A DNA stretch of 64,000 nt from Marsupella aquatica (lineage: Eukaryota; Plantae; Marchantiophyta): NCBI GenBank assembly GCA_973895155.1, contig OZ316894.1:1440357-1504356 (forward strand). The letters are read 5' to 3'. The translations under genes and the position numbers were made by a program. The notes under the pieces are model-generated. The model worked only from the letters and a program-made list of their open reading frames with translations. It was not told the origin of the DNA and did no database searches. Every line of letters starts with the position of its first letter. Positions within the stretch are counted from its first letter, which is position 1. Shown here piece by piece: positions 38,976-51,165 of this stretch.

Positions 38976-41900
38976 GCAGTGATTGACAAGAATTAAGGAA
39001 CATAGACTTGATTACTAAGAATCGCTCACCAGGTAATGACTCTACCACGAGTCATGCAAATAAATAAATGAGCATCTATCTCCGGCGCGCTCCAATCCTC
39101 CCAGCTCTGCCTTGTCAATATCAAAGTTGATGTTGGAAGCTCGGGCAGAAATGAAGGTATATAGTGGTTTAGAGTACATCCAAGTAGATGTTGAGAACTC
39201 TTTCTAAGATGACCTTTTGATTCACGCCAATGCTGATACCGGGAGCTCTTTCGAACATGGAGCTTTTGATTAACATTGAGGATATTGGGAGCTCAAAGGT
39301 GGAGGGCTTGGCTCATATGAAAGTGGATGCTGTGAGCTGTTTCAACGGAGCAGCCTTTGGCTCACATGAATGATGTTCGCAGGGGAGCTCTTACTTACCA
39401 ATCGCTAGGTTCATATTCGGATGAATTTCAAGATAACGGAGTACATTTTATGAGTAGTGAGAAGGTTTGCCCAACTCTACTCGACTTCATTAAAACTCCG
39501 ACCAAGCAATCGCATCCGGCTACTGGATATACACATTAGTTTGTCACCTCAAATAGATTCCTTCCAATGTGGTTAATAGTTCCATTTGCGCCTCGGCAGA
39601 GACTGGCTCGTGAGGAATACGTTCACTCCCGAGCTGGCTCTCAAGCGCACAAGATCTGATATTGGCGTGGAAGTTATTCCTGCTGAGATAGGGTCCGAGT
39701 CATTAGCAACGAACTGAACGCGTTCCAATTAGTCTGTATCATTGCACTGTTGAATTGAAATATCAGGTACAGCCTGAATGTAAATACGGATCAATTAGCC
39801 TGGATGTATTTCTCTCTACTGTAAAGAAGGAACCGCTTTCAGAGCCGGGGTCTTGGTACCAAGTGTGTGTTCATGACATGGCTGCATTCTACTCTGTCTG
39901 TGCACCGTCCCGTGCCTGAGGAAGATAGTGGACATCGGTAAACGAAAATTAAGGTGCTGACGTTTTGTCAAAGCAGTTATGGGCTCCAGCCGAATTCGAA
40001 GCTTTTTCTCTGAATCCTCTAGTGTTTTTGCAGGACCTACGGATCTTGTTCTTTTGCTAGAACTGAGCTATTCTGAACCTTGTCAATGGTTTTCCCTACA
40101 TTTTGTTAGCGGGAATTCCGTTGCTGAGAAGAAATGCAAACACGACCAGTCGAAGGAACACGTCGATCTCTTCTAATAGGAGTGATTGAAGTGAAATCAG
40201 ACTTCTGTATTTATGCCTCTAGGCCCCACCTCAGAGGGATCCATGGAGTATGAGTTGTCAGATTCGACCTTGTAACACGAGAGTAATACAATCTTGTTTA
40301 CAATAAAAATTGCCTGAAGGGTTCTGCAAACTTCGCTTCATTTGCTTTTGTTCTTGCCTTTTGGTTGTAAAACCCTTGCTTTGGACAGGTGACTATCTCA
40401 TCATCCGCGTTCTCTTCCCAACCTGATTTCAATACTGGAACTCCTAGTGTGGTACCCACTTCTCAAATTTTGGCCAATGCTCTCTCCCCCTTAAGCATGG
40501 ATTTTGATATTCTCCGTGGAGGTGCGTTTTAGTGTAGATATCGCAATCAACTGTCCATTCACCTTCCCTCTAAAGACTATGCCTTGACTATTAGCTTTGG
40601 CATTACTAGAGCTCACCTTAAGCCAAAGCAATATTTCGACCTTTGTCTACGACCATGTGTGAGAAACCAGGGTGCACACAAGATTGTGCAGAATGAAATG
40701 AAGTGACTACATTTACAGAGTGAAATTAGTAAATTTTACATACTCGTTGTACTCAATTGCGTTTCAAGGTCTGTAGACCATCTGTTTAGTTTATGCTCTA
40801 CCAGGCAACAATGCGGACCCAGTCAATATTCTGTTGGTGTGAAGAAAGAGGAATGCAACTCATCAACAAAGTGGTTGTGCACAGTCTACCACATCAGCGC
40901 TCCCAGAGATCCAACTGAGAAACTTCGAGCAATTTTGTTAGCTCGAATGAACTTCACTTCTCAAATGGAATGGAACTTTGTGAATCCTATGGATGAGCAG
41001 ATGTTTCTACTTCAATGGATGATCATATGTTCAATCCCTCGTGAGATTTTTATCATAGAACTGCCGAACGCTTGAGTCCCCGCTCGAGTCTTCCGTTCGT
41101 CAATATCTGCCGTTTCCGAATAAGGTCGTCCAAAGTGAGATCCGTTCCGTGATTAACCGGAAATTGATGAATCCCGACCCTCGTCCAAACGTTTCATTAC
41201 TTTGGGAAATCCACCTCCTACGCTCCAGTTCATATGACTTAAGGAAGAGCTCCATGGTATGTCAATTTCAAATCAGTTCATGTACAGACCAGTTGTTCGA
41301 CTAACGGGGCCATAGAAAATGATTTTCATTTCAATCCACCTGTAACATTGTTCCAATTTAAGGGGGCTCAAAACTTGTGGGGCTGAATGAAGTGCTGCAA
41401 CCTATCTGTGTCTGGGTACCTGGTTCAGCAATGAGTTAGGTTGTGAAAATGCGGAGGTATGCACACAAATGGACGCGAGATATTGTTATCCAAAAAAACC
41501 TCTTCCAAAGACAAATCGATTCAATTGTACTTAGTCGAGTGTTGGTGACACTAAAACGTAAGCTTGCAGTGCCGAGGATGCCGGAGTTCCAGCAACGTTG
41601 CTTCAAAATATAGTGAATGGCTCAACTATAGGTACCTCGGAGCTGGTTGGACATCTTGCTCACAACGGCACGCTTCATGGGCTTCACTGTCACCGACTTC
41701 TCGCCCTCGGGCACCTGCAGCCCTTCCACTTTATTTTGATGCAACATCTTCCAAAGCTTCAGCATCCGCAAGTGCGTTGAGACCAGTACACGGTCTGTTC
41801 GTAGTGTTCTGCAAGCTGTGTTGTCTCCTAACATGACTTCAAGCTGGCTCACTCCATAAACATTCGACCCACGACATAATCTTTATTTAGGGTGGTCTCA

Positions 41901-43099
41901 TTTTGTTGCTGAATGTCTCTCAGACCTAGATTTCTTGAGAAAATTAACTCATTCTTTGTGGTCAAATACACCTCGCATATATTTTCCAAGAGAATGGAAG
42001 TAGATGAATGCCTGTAAGGCACAGCCTTCAAGTTGCAGATGCCCAGAACGTACATGAAACTTTCAATCTCGAAACATGGATGATGGAGAAGCCGACACAA
42101 TCAAATGAACCTGTAGTGACATTAATCGGCACTATCCACGGCGTCACAATGTAGCCGTGGATAGTGCCTTGGAGCAAACCAGAGCTTTAGCTGAATTGCT
42201 GGGCCTTCCACTGACTGCGCTTAGAGTACTGAAGTAGGTCTTTCGAACGTTGATAGTTCCGTGACTTAAACCAAAGCACAATTCCTTAACACTGCAGGTG
42301 CTCCGAATCGGCATGGAGATCAAATAGCGGCATTATAAAGGTTCACATATCAATCATGAAGTTCTGAAATAGCCGATCAGCTGCACCCCGATTTTCAAAT
42401 ACCCAATGTAGATCATAGTGTTGCTCAAATGTGATCTTATCTTGCAATCATGAAAATCATCAGCATTCCTGCAAAATAGGGAGTAAATTTCAATGTGGGT
42501 CACAATATTGCTCTACGAACAAACTAGAGCCACTCCGCCACATATGTGGTCTACTAGAGTAACTTATATGGTCTCTAGATATGTAAGTTTTGTGGCAAAC
42601 CATGAGGGCAGTAGTGAACAGAGCTGGGAATGAATTAATCCAGCTAGAGCTCATGTTCAAGCCGATCTAGTTTCCAAGGGGCGCACGTGTTCAAATCTAA
42701 AAGACTGGTCATTGAGTTTTAAAACTTTTACCGTTATCGAATCGGCAAAAAGTTTCAGTTTGTTTGTTCCAGTTACTCCATCAGTGCAGGCTTGTTATTC
42801 TCTAGATCTACCGGGATCAATGATTGTGCTCTCTAAGGAGTATGTGGTGCCCCTAAGTTGTGTCCCATATCGTTCAATTTCGGTGGGTCGAGAGAAAGCA
42901 GATCTCGTGTCCAGACCCCTCACAGAAATAAATAACTTCAACTTGTACTCAAGTTGAAACCATGCATGGCCCCTTGCAGAAATTATTCACACCTTAGGAT
43001 CGGAACTGAAACGAGTAATCTGATGAGCACGAATTTGATGAAATTCAAGGAACGCTTAACGGAATGGGATGTCTTTCAATTTCACTTGTATAATTCTTT

Positions 43100-45303
43100 T
43101 CATTCGTTTCTATTCATATGTTCCACAGCTGGAATCCAATTATGTTCCACAGCTGGAATCCAATTCTGTGTTGAACAACTGGAGCACAAACCTGTTGCCA
43201 GCACAATGATCCACATTGAGGGCCTTGGAGGTGCCATTGCCGCGTTGTAAGTAATAGGTAATGACTTGTATTTACCCGTCGGGACGACCTGATACACGTA
43301 CACGTTGTCCAGAAGAGGGCCGTTGGAGCCAGGGATCTTGCTAAGGAACTCGACAACCGCTGAAGTTCCTGGCGCTTTGAAGGTGAGCGATTTTGTCATC
43401 CACCCTATGCTGGACGGCGAAAATCCATCTGCGTTGACTGTAACAGTTTGGCTATTGAGAATTTCCCCGTCCGCTGAAGCTTTCGCAGATACGAAGATGT
43501 TACCATAGACCTGTGGCACGCCCTCTGGGCTCGCTGCCGTGTCATACAGCAGTACATACTCGTAGCCTGGGACGGTGGGGAAAGGATCTGATAGGATCAA
43601 CCCAGCCGTTTGGTTGGCGTTCAGCTCCAAGCAGAAATCAGAATCATCAGTTGAACTTTGCCATTGGCCGCCACCAACCCTCTTGATCGAACCAGTCAAA
43701 ATAGTCCAGCCGGAGAGTATGGTGGATGGGGCGTCGAGAATATTGTACCAAGTGTTATTGTCAATAACCAGGAATGACTCTGTCCTCTCGAAACTCCCGT
43801 TGTCCACCACGCTCATTAGAGTGGTCTGCAGGGTTGGGGTCGTACACAGAGCCACAGTGCCACGAAGAGATTTGTCCAGTCAGGTCGATTCTTTCAACAC
43901 AGTTAAACGCTTCATTCTCACTTTCTGCCTTCATCTCGATGTCTTTTCGTTTGCATCACATTATGTGCATAGATTTGGGTACCTCTAGCTACACGTGGTA
44001 GGACTAGTTCATTGTGCTCAGATACTTACAGTACTACGTTAGTAAGATTGCTATTTCCTTTCCTGCCTTAGATACCCACCTTCTTCACATTTAACCATGA
44101 ACTCAGATCGCTCTTATGTACTGTAGAATATTTCAAATTCTATTTAGGGGTGCCGTGCGCTTTGTGAAGGGTAGGATGGCGCTTGGTATGGTTTCTGAGA
44201 GTGTTCCTTCGTTTGCTTTAAAGGCACCCGACTGAGTCCTGCCTACACAAAGAAACCTAAAACAGAGAAGAGAAGAGAAGAAGTGACCTCCACATTGTCG
44301 ATGAGAGCGCCGAAGGACCCTCTGATCAGGCTCTCGAACTGAAAGCTTGTCGTTTCGCCCGTCCCAACGAAGAGGGATCCCATGGTAACCCATGGTATCG
44401 TGTCCCGCTGGCTTTCTGCAACCAATGACTTGTGAAAAAACGAGTTTGAAGTACATCGGCCATGGAAAATAGAAAGGATGACTGATCTGGAGCTGGCTCT
44501 TCACAATGAAGCAAGAAAGGATGAAAGGAGAGAAGGAAAACAGGGATAGTGATAGATTCTGAGTAGAAAATGGTCTGGAGCTGGCTCTCGACAATGAAGC
44601 AAGAAAAGATGAAAGGAGTGAAGGAAGGAAGGAAGGAAGGAAAGGATGATAATTGATTTTGAATAGAACAGGATGACTGATCTGGAGTTGGCTCTCACCA
44701 ATGAAGGAAGGGACGAATGGGCCACAGAACCAACACCTTTCAGAAAAAGTCCAGGAAAGAAGAGGCAGGAAGCACAGAAAGTGGCCTGGAGAGCTGACCT
44801 GGAGAGCTGATATTGAAATCTCCAATAAGAGGCTCTGCTATCTCGCCATTAACGAGGACCTTCACTCGGAGGGTTTTATACATTGGCCCACCATCAGGAT
44901 TGTCAGCGAGGGAGAACGTCAGATTATAAGTTGCACCCTTGCGAGGCGTCGCGACAGGACTCGAGATGAGAACGCCTGGCCCATACTTGTAATTTAGGTG
45001 GATTATGTTAGTGGAAACGTAAGCTGGGTCTGGTACGTACTCCTTCGCAGAGAGAACTTGCACCCCTCCATGTGCACATTGCCAGCCAATCATGTAATTC
45101 ATGTCTCCGTCTCGTAACACATCCAATTGAGGCCAAGTAAGGAGTGTCTCAAATTGTTGATAATCGAAGTTGCCGTTGAATAGCAGACTCGCTGGATCGC
45201 CGTAAATGCTTGAAATAAGTGTTGTCGTTACGACGAGGAGGCGCAGAATGACGAGTCCCCACGATGACAACCACAATTCGCGGGATCTTATCACATTGCT
45301 CAT
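43100..45303 (-). CDS. Two-domain DUF642 cell-wall protein with signal peptide and possible GPI-type tail
   Basis: Exons 45303-44799, 44415-44288 and 43825-43100 join in frame with GT-AG boundaries. Domain 1 runs LLFNGNFD...GALIDNVE and domain 2 runs VVDNGSFE...GPLLDNVY. The C-terminus has NAA, a spacer and hydrophobic MWIIVLATGL. Confidence 0.85.
44470..44712. repeat. Intronic triplicated motif and (GGAA)n microsatellite in intron 1 of the DUF642 gene
   Basis: TCTGGAGCTGGCTCT..CAATGAAG occurs three times, with a GGAA run at about 44620-44645. Confidence 0.75.
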
Positions 45304-48300
45304 TATTATGGGTGGCTTGTTCAAGAGTCTTTGATGATGATGGCTGTAACCAATGAAAGGAAGTGCTCAACTAAGGAAGAACAGGCATGTATATGGAAAC
45401 ACGCGTGCTCAACACGTACCCAGGATGTAGAATGCTCTCTGGAGCCTCTATGAAATTGGTGTCGAGATCAGACAATGCGATCAATCCGTCTCTCGAGCTC
45501 CACAGAATTGACGTACTGATCATGTGAGCACTTGTCTTGACATGTAATCAGAGGTTGAAGATTGTCAGGCCATCCTACTTCAGCGTTGAGTTCACCAAGT
45601 CTCAACTTTCCCGATTGATTGACAATGATTATTTCCATTTTGAGTCCGCTCTGCATGCAAAAAGCTTAATGGAAAATTGAAACTCTTCGAATCGGCAGAT
45701 GGAAGAAATTTCAAGTTATGGCAGCTAGCAGCCTTTTCAGGTATTTGACCTCTCATCCTCTACAGTTGTTTCGATTTGAGCAATTCCGTGGGCAGTAGAT
45801 TTAACTTTTCTACAAACGAAATGAAGAGGTTGATTCAAAATGGCGTACGAGGAAATTTAAGTCTCCAGTATGACGATTTGAGCGAGATGTGACCTGGCTT
45901 CTGAACAATCGAGCCTGAAACTAGGGCATTTACTTTCGGAATGATGTCGGAGTGAAAGCCCTGTGTTGCTGTACCCTAAGTATTAGAGGCGCTCGACCAT
46001 TTATCCGCAATTAATAGCTACGCTCTTGTCATAGAGTGACGTAGTTGTGAAGAATTCAAGAGCCAGTCAAAGTACTCCAGAATCCAACTTTCATGGCAAC
46101 CTCAATTGAACTGTTGGGAACGGACGAACTAGGGGCCTTTCTAAAATCTGAGCGTGGTATGCGCTACAGCCATCCAAAATCTTTCACCGCAACTGCTCAC
46201 TTCCTACGATCGAATTCTCGTCGTTCCACAGGAAGATCGATTGGCCAGTGTTCTGAGATCAATGAAGATATATATAGCATGATATGCAGTCACCATGGAT
46301 CGCGTCATTTCATCACTTTAACCTTCTGTCGCCCAACCTGTTCAATTTCCTTGCAGTCAATGCCATGAATATAAAATGAGACACTAAGAGCATACCTGCG
46401 CAATTGGTGCAAGTTCAACCATAGAGAACCCACGCTGAAATTATTGATCGATGAGAAATGCGTCTCGAATCTGAATGTGATCTTCACTGAATCGGTCGAA
46501 CGAATCTGAGACGAGCGTACCCAATTACTACCCATGAGATCTCTGCGATGATCAACATGATCTACCCAGCTTAAATGACCAACAAGCGCTGAGCTTCCGA
46601 TCTATTCGTCTGTGATCAACGTTATGGCACGCCGGAGTAAGCTTTTCATGCAAACATCTACTGCATAACTGTCGTAAGAGGTCGGCCGGCCGGTTCAACT
46701 TCTAGTGCAAAGACGGAACTGAAACTAGAAACTGGCAACTGGCAACAACTGTAGTTGGGCGGTTAAGATTGTTGCAGATGATCAGCAACAGAGGAGACAT
46801 GGCTGATCAGATTCTCTCACGCAAAGGTCAGTTGAGCGACTAGATGGCTTCCCTTTGAAGATTTGGTGCTTTATCAAATTATCGTACCAGATAAATCCCC
46901 AGATTATCCCTACGCTCGATTACATTTCACGAGTTTCATTCGAAGCGTTCGTAGAATAGGTGCGAGGTCTTCTTCTGGGATTGTGGTATTCAAACGTATT
47001 CCATAACCAGGGGTCTTAAACTATCATCGAAAAGGCTTGCTAGGTCATCAATATGGAGTAATCGCATTACAGTTGAAAGTAATAGAAACCTCCCTACTTC
47101 CTGGACCTGTCCATCTTCTGCAGTCGGGAAACCGCAAATTGGGCCTAGAGACAGAGCCAGTTTCATCGAGCTAGTTGGAGGTTCCAACCTTTCCTACTTA
47201 TATTGGTTGAATTAATGCGTAACTTGCAAACGAATATGACTCCGTTTCAGTTGAGAGCAAAGGCTAACTGTGAAGAATCCGAAGGTTTTGGCTTGTTATG
47301 CGGTTTTCCATATAACAAAAGATAGGCAAAGGTCGTAGAATAGATAGGATACAGAAATAATTTTGAAAGGCACATACAGGTAGCTCAAAAGAATCTGTAA
47401 GCTCGTTCATACCATAGGACACTTCTGCAGTTCCAGGAATTGACAAAGTCCCAATTCAGGAGCCTGGATGATGGATCCCAATGTCTGGTACTTCGAACTT
47501 GCACAGAAATGCCTAGGATAGGGGTGGGGCCCGTCCCATGGTTTGACCAGGCATAAATTTGGAATTTATTGTTTTCATTTTTGGATCAGCATTTGACATT
47601 ATGTACATGTCTATCTAGTGACAGATTTCTCATACATTTTATTTTATTGGTACATATCTGTCTACTACTGTAGCTAACATCTGGAACGAAAGAAGGCTAC
47701 AGACCAGGCCACGTTTTTTGTCTACTTCCAAATGTCAAGAGTGTGTGGTCCAGGCTTCAAACCAAGTGGAGGAAGACGGTCTACAGAGCACAGCTCGATG
47801 GCGTCGAGACGTGCTGATGAGACGAGAATTCCACACTGTACAGTACTACAGACGAAGGAAAAGGAAGGGAGAGCTGCAAATCTGCGATCCTTCACTTTGA
47901 AGATTGACACGAGGGTTCATTGGCTTCAATGTTACGACGAACGCTTAGGATTTATCTGTTTGCATCGAACGATCTCAGAAAACAAAGCTTATCTGCCGAG
48001 ACAGAGTAACAGGAATTATATTCACCTGCAATCTAGTCGAGTACTCACATTGCTACCGTATATCTGTCCCATCCCCTCTCCCTCTTTCGAAGCTACTTCA
48101 ATTCTCAGCTGCAGTGAGCAAGCTAAAATCAACAGGGGCAGTGATTACCCCTTTGGCCTAGCGTTTGTCCAGTTCCTCTATCAGGCAAGAGCGGTTGGTT
48201 TTCTACTAATCTACAGCTCATTTTGTTTTCCTTTCGAGCGTTCTCGATGCTCTGCCCTTCGAAGCTTTCCTTCTATTGACCTCTATCCAAGGGAAAATTG

Positions 48301-48372
48301 GAAGGATTGGCGAGAGAAACTTTTTACAACTCCTGTGATTTCAAGAGCCACTCAGAACGATCATTCAGAAGC

Positions 48373-50445
48373 ATGTCGTCTGGATCGGAAGCCGATGCTG
48401 CTAGAGAGCACCTCCAGAACTCAGAAGAAGAGCGGTTGGCGAAAGAGATAGAACAGGGACCAGGGCAACTAGATATGGCTGGGGTGGGCGGTGTAGTTTC
48501 GGAGAAAGGAGAAGACGCAGCAAGAACAGGTAGTGCATTCGAAGTCGATGAGTTTCTGGTCAACCAAAATCAGCGGGTCACCGAAGAGGTGACTCCTTTC
48601 TAGCTTCTTCAATGTCCTTTACTTCTAGGTTTTCTCCGGGTTTTTCTCCGTGGATCACACAAGTAATGCAATTGCATCCGATTCTTCCCAAATTGTTCAT
48701 TTCTGCTGTGATGAGCCTCCTTCCTCTAGTTTGAGCAGCTTAAAGATCCCTGCATCAAGTGAACCTTCCACTTGTTTCTTTGTCTTCAAGATTATGTTCT
48801 ACTCTCTCTTTTGATGGTCCCCGTGACCTCAAATCATGCCTGGTCCCCGGACTTCACATGTGATAGTCTGACACTCCGCTTTTGGGACGTCATTCTTTGA
48901 CAGAAGAGATTGCCGACCTCCGCAGCAACTGTTTCAGAAGGCCTCATGAAAGCCATCCGGTCTAAGCCTATGTGGCGGGACAAGCTAGGCGACGAAACAG
49001 TTGTCAAAAAATATAAGAGAGAGGCGATTGCACAAGGTCTCTTAACAGAGATCGTCGAAGAGACTATCAAGCATCTGCAGCTCGAGGCGAGGCGCTACTT
49101 AACTTCGAAAGAGAGTACATCCGCCTCCACTTCAAGGACGAACCCAACGAAAGGACGGAAAGTAGCAGCCTCCGAAGCTGACATCCAAGACTTGATTGAC
49201 TCATTGCCAGCATTGCAAGCCAAAGTTTCCTCCGAGCTGAATGAACCTCTGGAAGAATCAGGCTGCGGTGTCTGCCATGCGGACAACATAGTCCCCTGGA
49301 TGCTCCGTGACCTCATTGAGACGAGCCTGGATGCCATCGCCAATCTTCCCGAGAAGGACTTTCACCCTTACTCGAACAGCCAGGTACAGAATCTCATTCA
49401 TCCCTCTCTCTTCCCCTACATCGCTGGCGAAAGCCCACTCATAGTGGACAAGTCCTCTCTCCCTCCCAAAAAATCTGAATTCCAGTACTGGAGCAGACCA
49501 TATGAAGACTCCAAGTACCAGTGGCTCCCTTCACAATTCTATGTGGATGCGCGCGGATCTGTGCAAATCAGGACATATATCAACAATCTGGAGAGGAGTT
49601 GTAATCGGGAACTTTACAAGGCCGTGGAGCTCCTCTTTGGAATCTTTCTGCCCATGTTTGAGAAGCTTCTCTCACCCCGACAGAATCTCCGTGGTAGAGA
49701 ACTCCAGGTAATTGTCAAGGCTGCCAACTACATCATTCAACCCAAGGGAACTGCTTACGAAGGAACCTGGCATGTGGAGGGCATGTCTCACGAGCAGATC
49801 ATAGCATCCGGGATCTACTATTATTTCACTTCTCCTTGGTTAGAAGATCATGGGTTAGAATTTCGTCGTGCACGAGACGAAGAGAAAGATTGGCCTCAAA
49901 TGATGCAGTACAATTTGTCCGAATATAATGATGGCTCAGACGACGACGAGTATTACGTAGATCCAGAGACTAGAGTGAAGAATCTCGAGATGATGCATAA
50001 GTTGACTCAAGATTTTCGGCAGAACATATATCTAGGCGCAGTGCCCACATTGCAGGATAGACTCCTCGTTTTCAGGAACGACCTGCAGCACAAGGTTTCT
50101 AAAGTAGTGAACAACTCAAACCTGGTGGGCACGAGGAAAATTCTTGTGTTCTTTTTGGTGGATCCTGACGCCGAGATTGTATCTACAAAGCATGTTCCGG
50201 AGCAGCAATGGGAGAAGGTATACCCCAAGTTGAGGTCCGTGCTGAGGCAGGTCGCTGTGGAGGTTGCTGGGAAGAGGCTTCCGATGGACATTGAGCATGA
50301 CATTTTGAGCAGGCTCAAACCTGGCCAGGGGATGACTATGGCCGAAGCAAAAAGGCACCGTCTCGTGTTAATGAAGGAGAGGGCGGCCAAGGTGAGGGAC
50401 GATAACGAAGACTGGGAAAGTGTGTACGCCCTTTGCGAGCATTGA
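48373..50445 (+). CDS. DUF4246-family protein, putative Fe(II)/2-oxoglutarate-dependent oxygenase (about 585 aa)
   Basis: Exons 48373-48588 and 48904-50445 with a phase-0 GT-AG intron. Motifs DFHPYSNSQVQNLIHPSLFP, YQWLPS, YINNL, LQVIVKAANY, YEGTWHVEGMSHEQIIASGIYY, RLLVFRNDLQHKV and GTRKILVFFLVDP...STKHVPEQQ match my recollection of DUF4246 proteins. Confidence 0.85.
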
Positions 50446-50544
50446 ATGGTCAGTTGCAGCCCAGACAACTGTATCACTCGAATTGGGTTTCAATGCTCTG
50501 TTCTGCAGATTTTGTTTGAAGATATGCTCGATCAATTGAAAAAC

Positions 50545-51165
50545 ATCTTCAATTGATCATACTTCTGATTTCGCAACGGACTGTTCCTCAAAAAGCTGTA
50601 CAGTACATAGATTCTATCACAAAAGCTTCTCGGCAACATTTTCAAATGATCATACTCTGATCTCACAACCGACTGTTCCTCAAAAATCTGTACAGCACAT
50701 GGCTTCTATCACCAAAGAGTCTGGGTAACATCTTCAATTGATCATACTCTGATGTCACAACGGACTGTTCCTCAAAAATCTGTACAGCACATAGCTTCTA
50801 TCACCAACGAGTCCCGGCAACATCTTCAATTGATCATACTCTCATTTGACAACGGACAAAAACCTGTACAGTACATAGCTTCCATCTCCAAAGCTTCTCG
50901 GCAACAGCTTCAATTGATCATACTCTCATTTCACAACGGACTGTTCCTCAACAACCTGTACAGCACATAGCTTCTATCACCAAAGCTTCTCGGCAACATC
51001 TTCAATTGATCATGCTCTGATTTCACAATGGACTGCTCCTCAAATACCTGTACAGCACATAGATTCTATCACCAAAGCTTTTCGGCACCATCTTCAATTG
51101 GTCATACTCTGATTTCGCAACGAACTGCTCCTCATGTACAGCACCATAGATTCTATCACCAAAGG
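50545..51165. repeat. Tandem array of about 7 copies of a ~92-bp unit
   Basis: TTCAATTGATCATACTCT recurs at 50548, 50641, 50733, 50825, 50909, 51001 and 51093. Confidence 0.95.

Noticed and set aside
44133-44825. 230-aa ORF on the - strand
   Set aside because: It runs through a pyrimidine-rich repetitive intron of the DUF642 gene out of frame.
47732-48451. 239-aa ORF upstream of the DUF4246 gene
   Set aside because: It has no recognisable domain and overlaps the promoter, 5' UTR and exon 1 in another frame.
50545-51165. Regularly spaced repeats resembling a CRISPR array
   Set aside because: The whole unit is repeated with no unique spacers, there are no cas genes and the context is eukaryotic.
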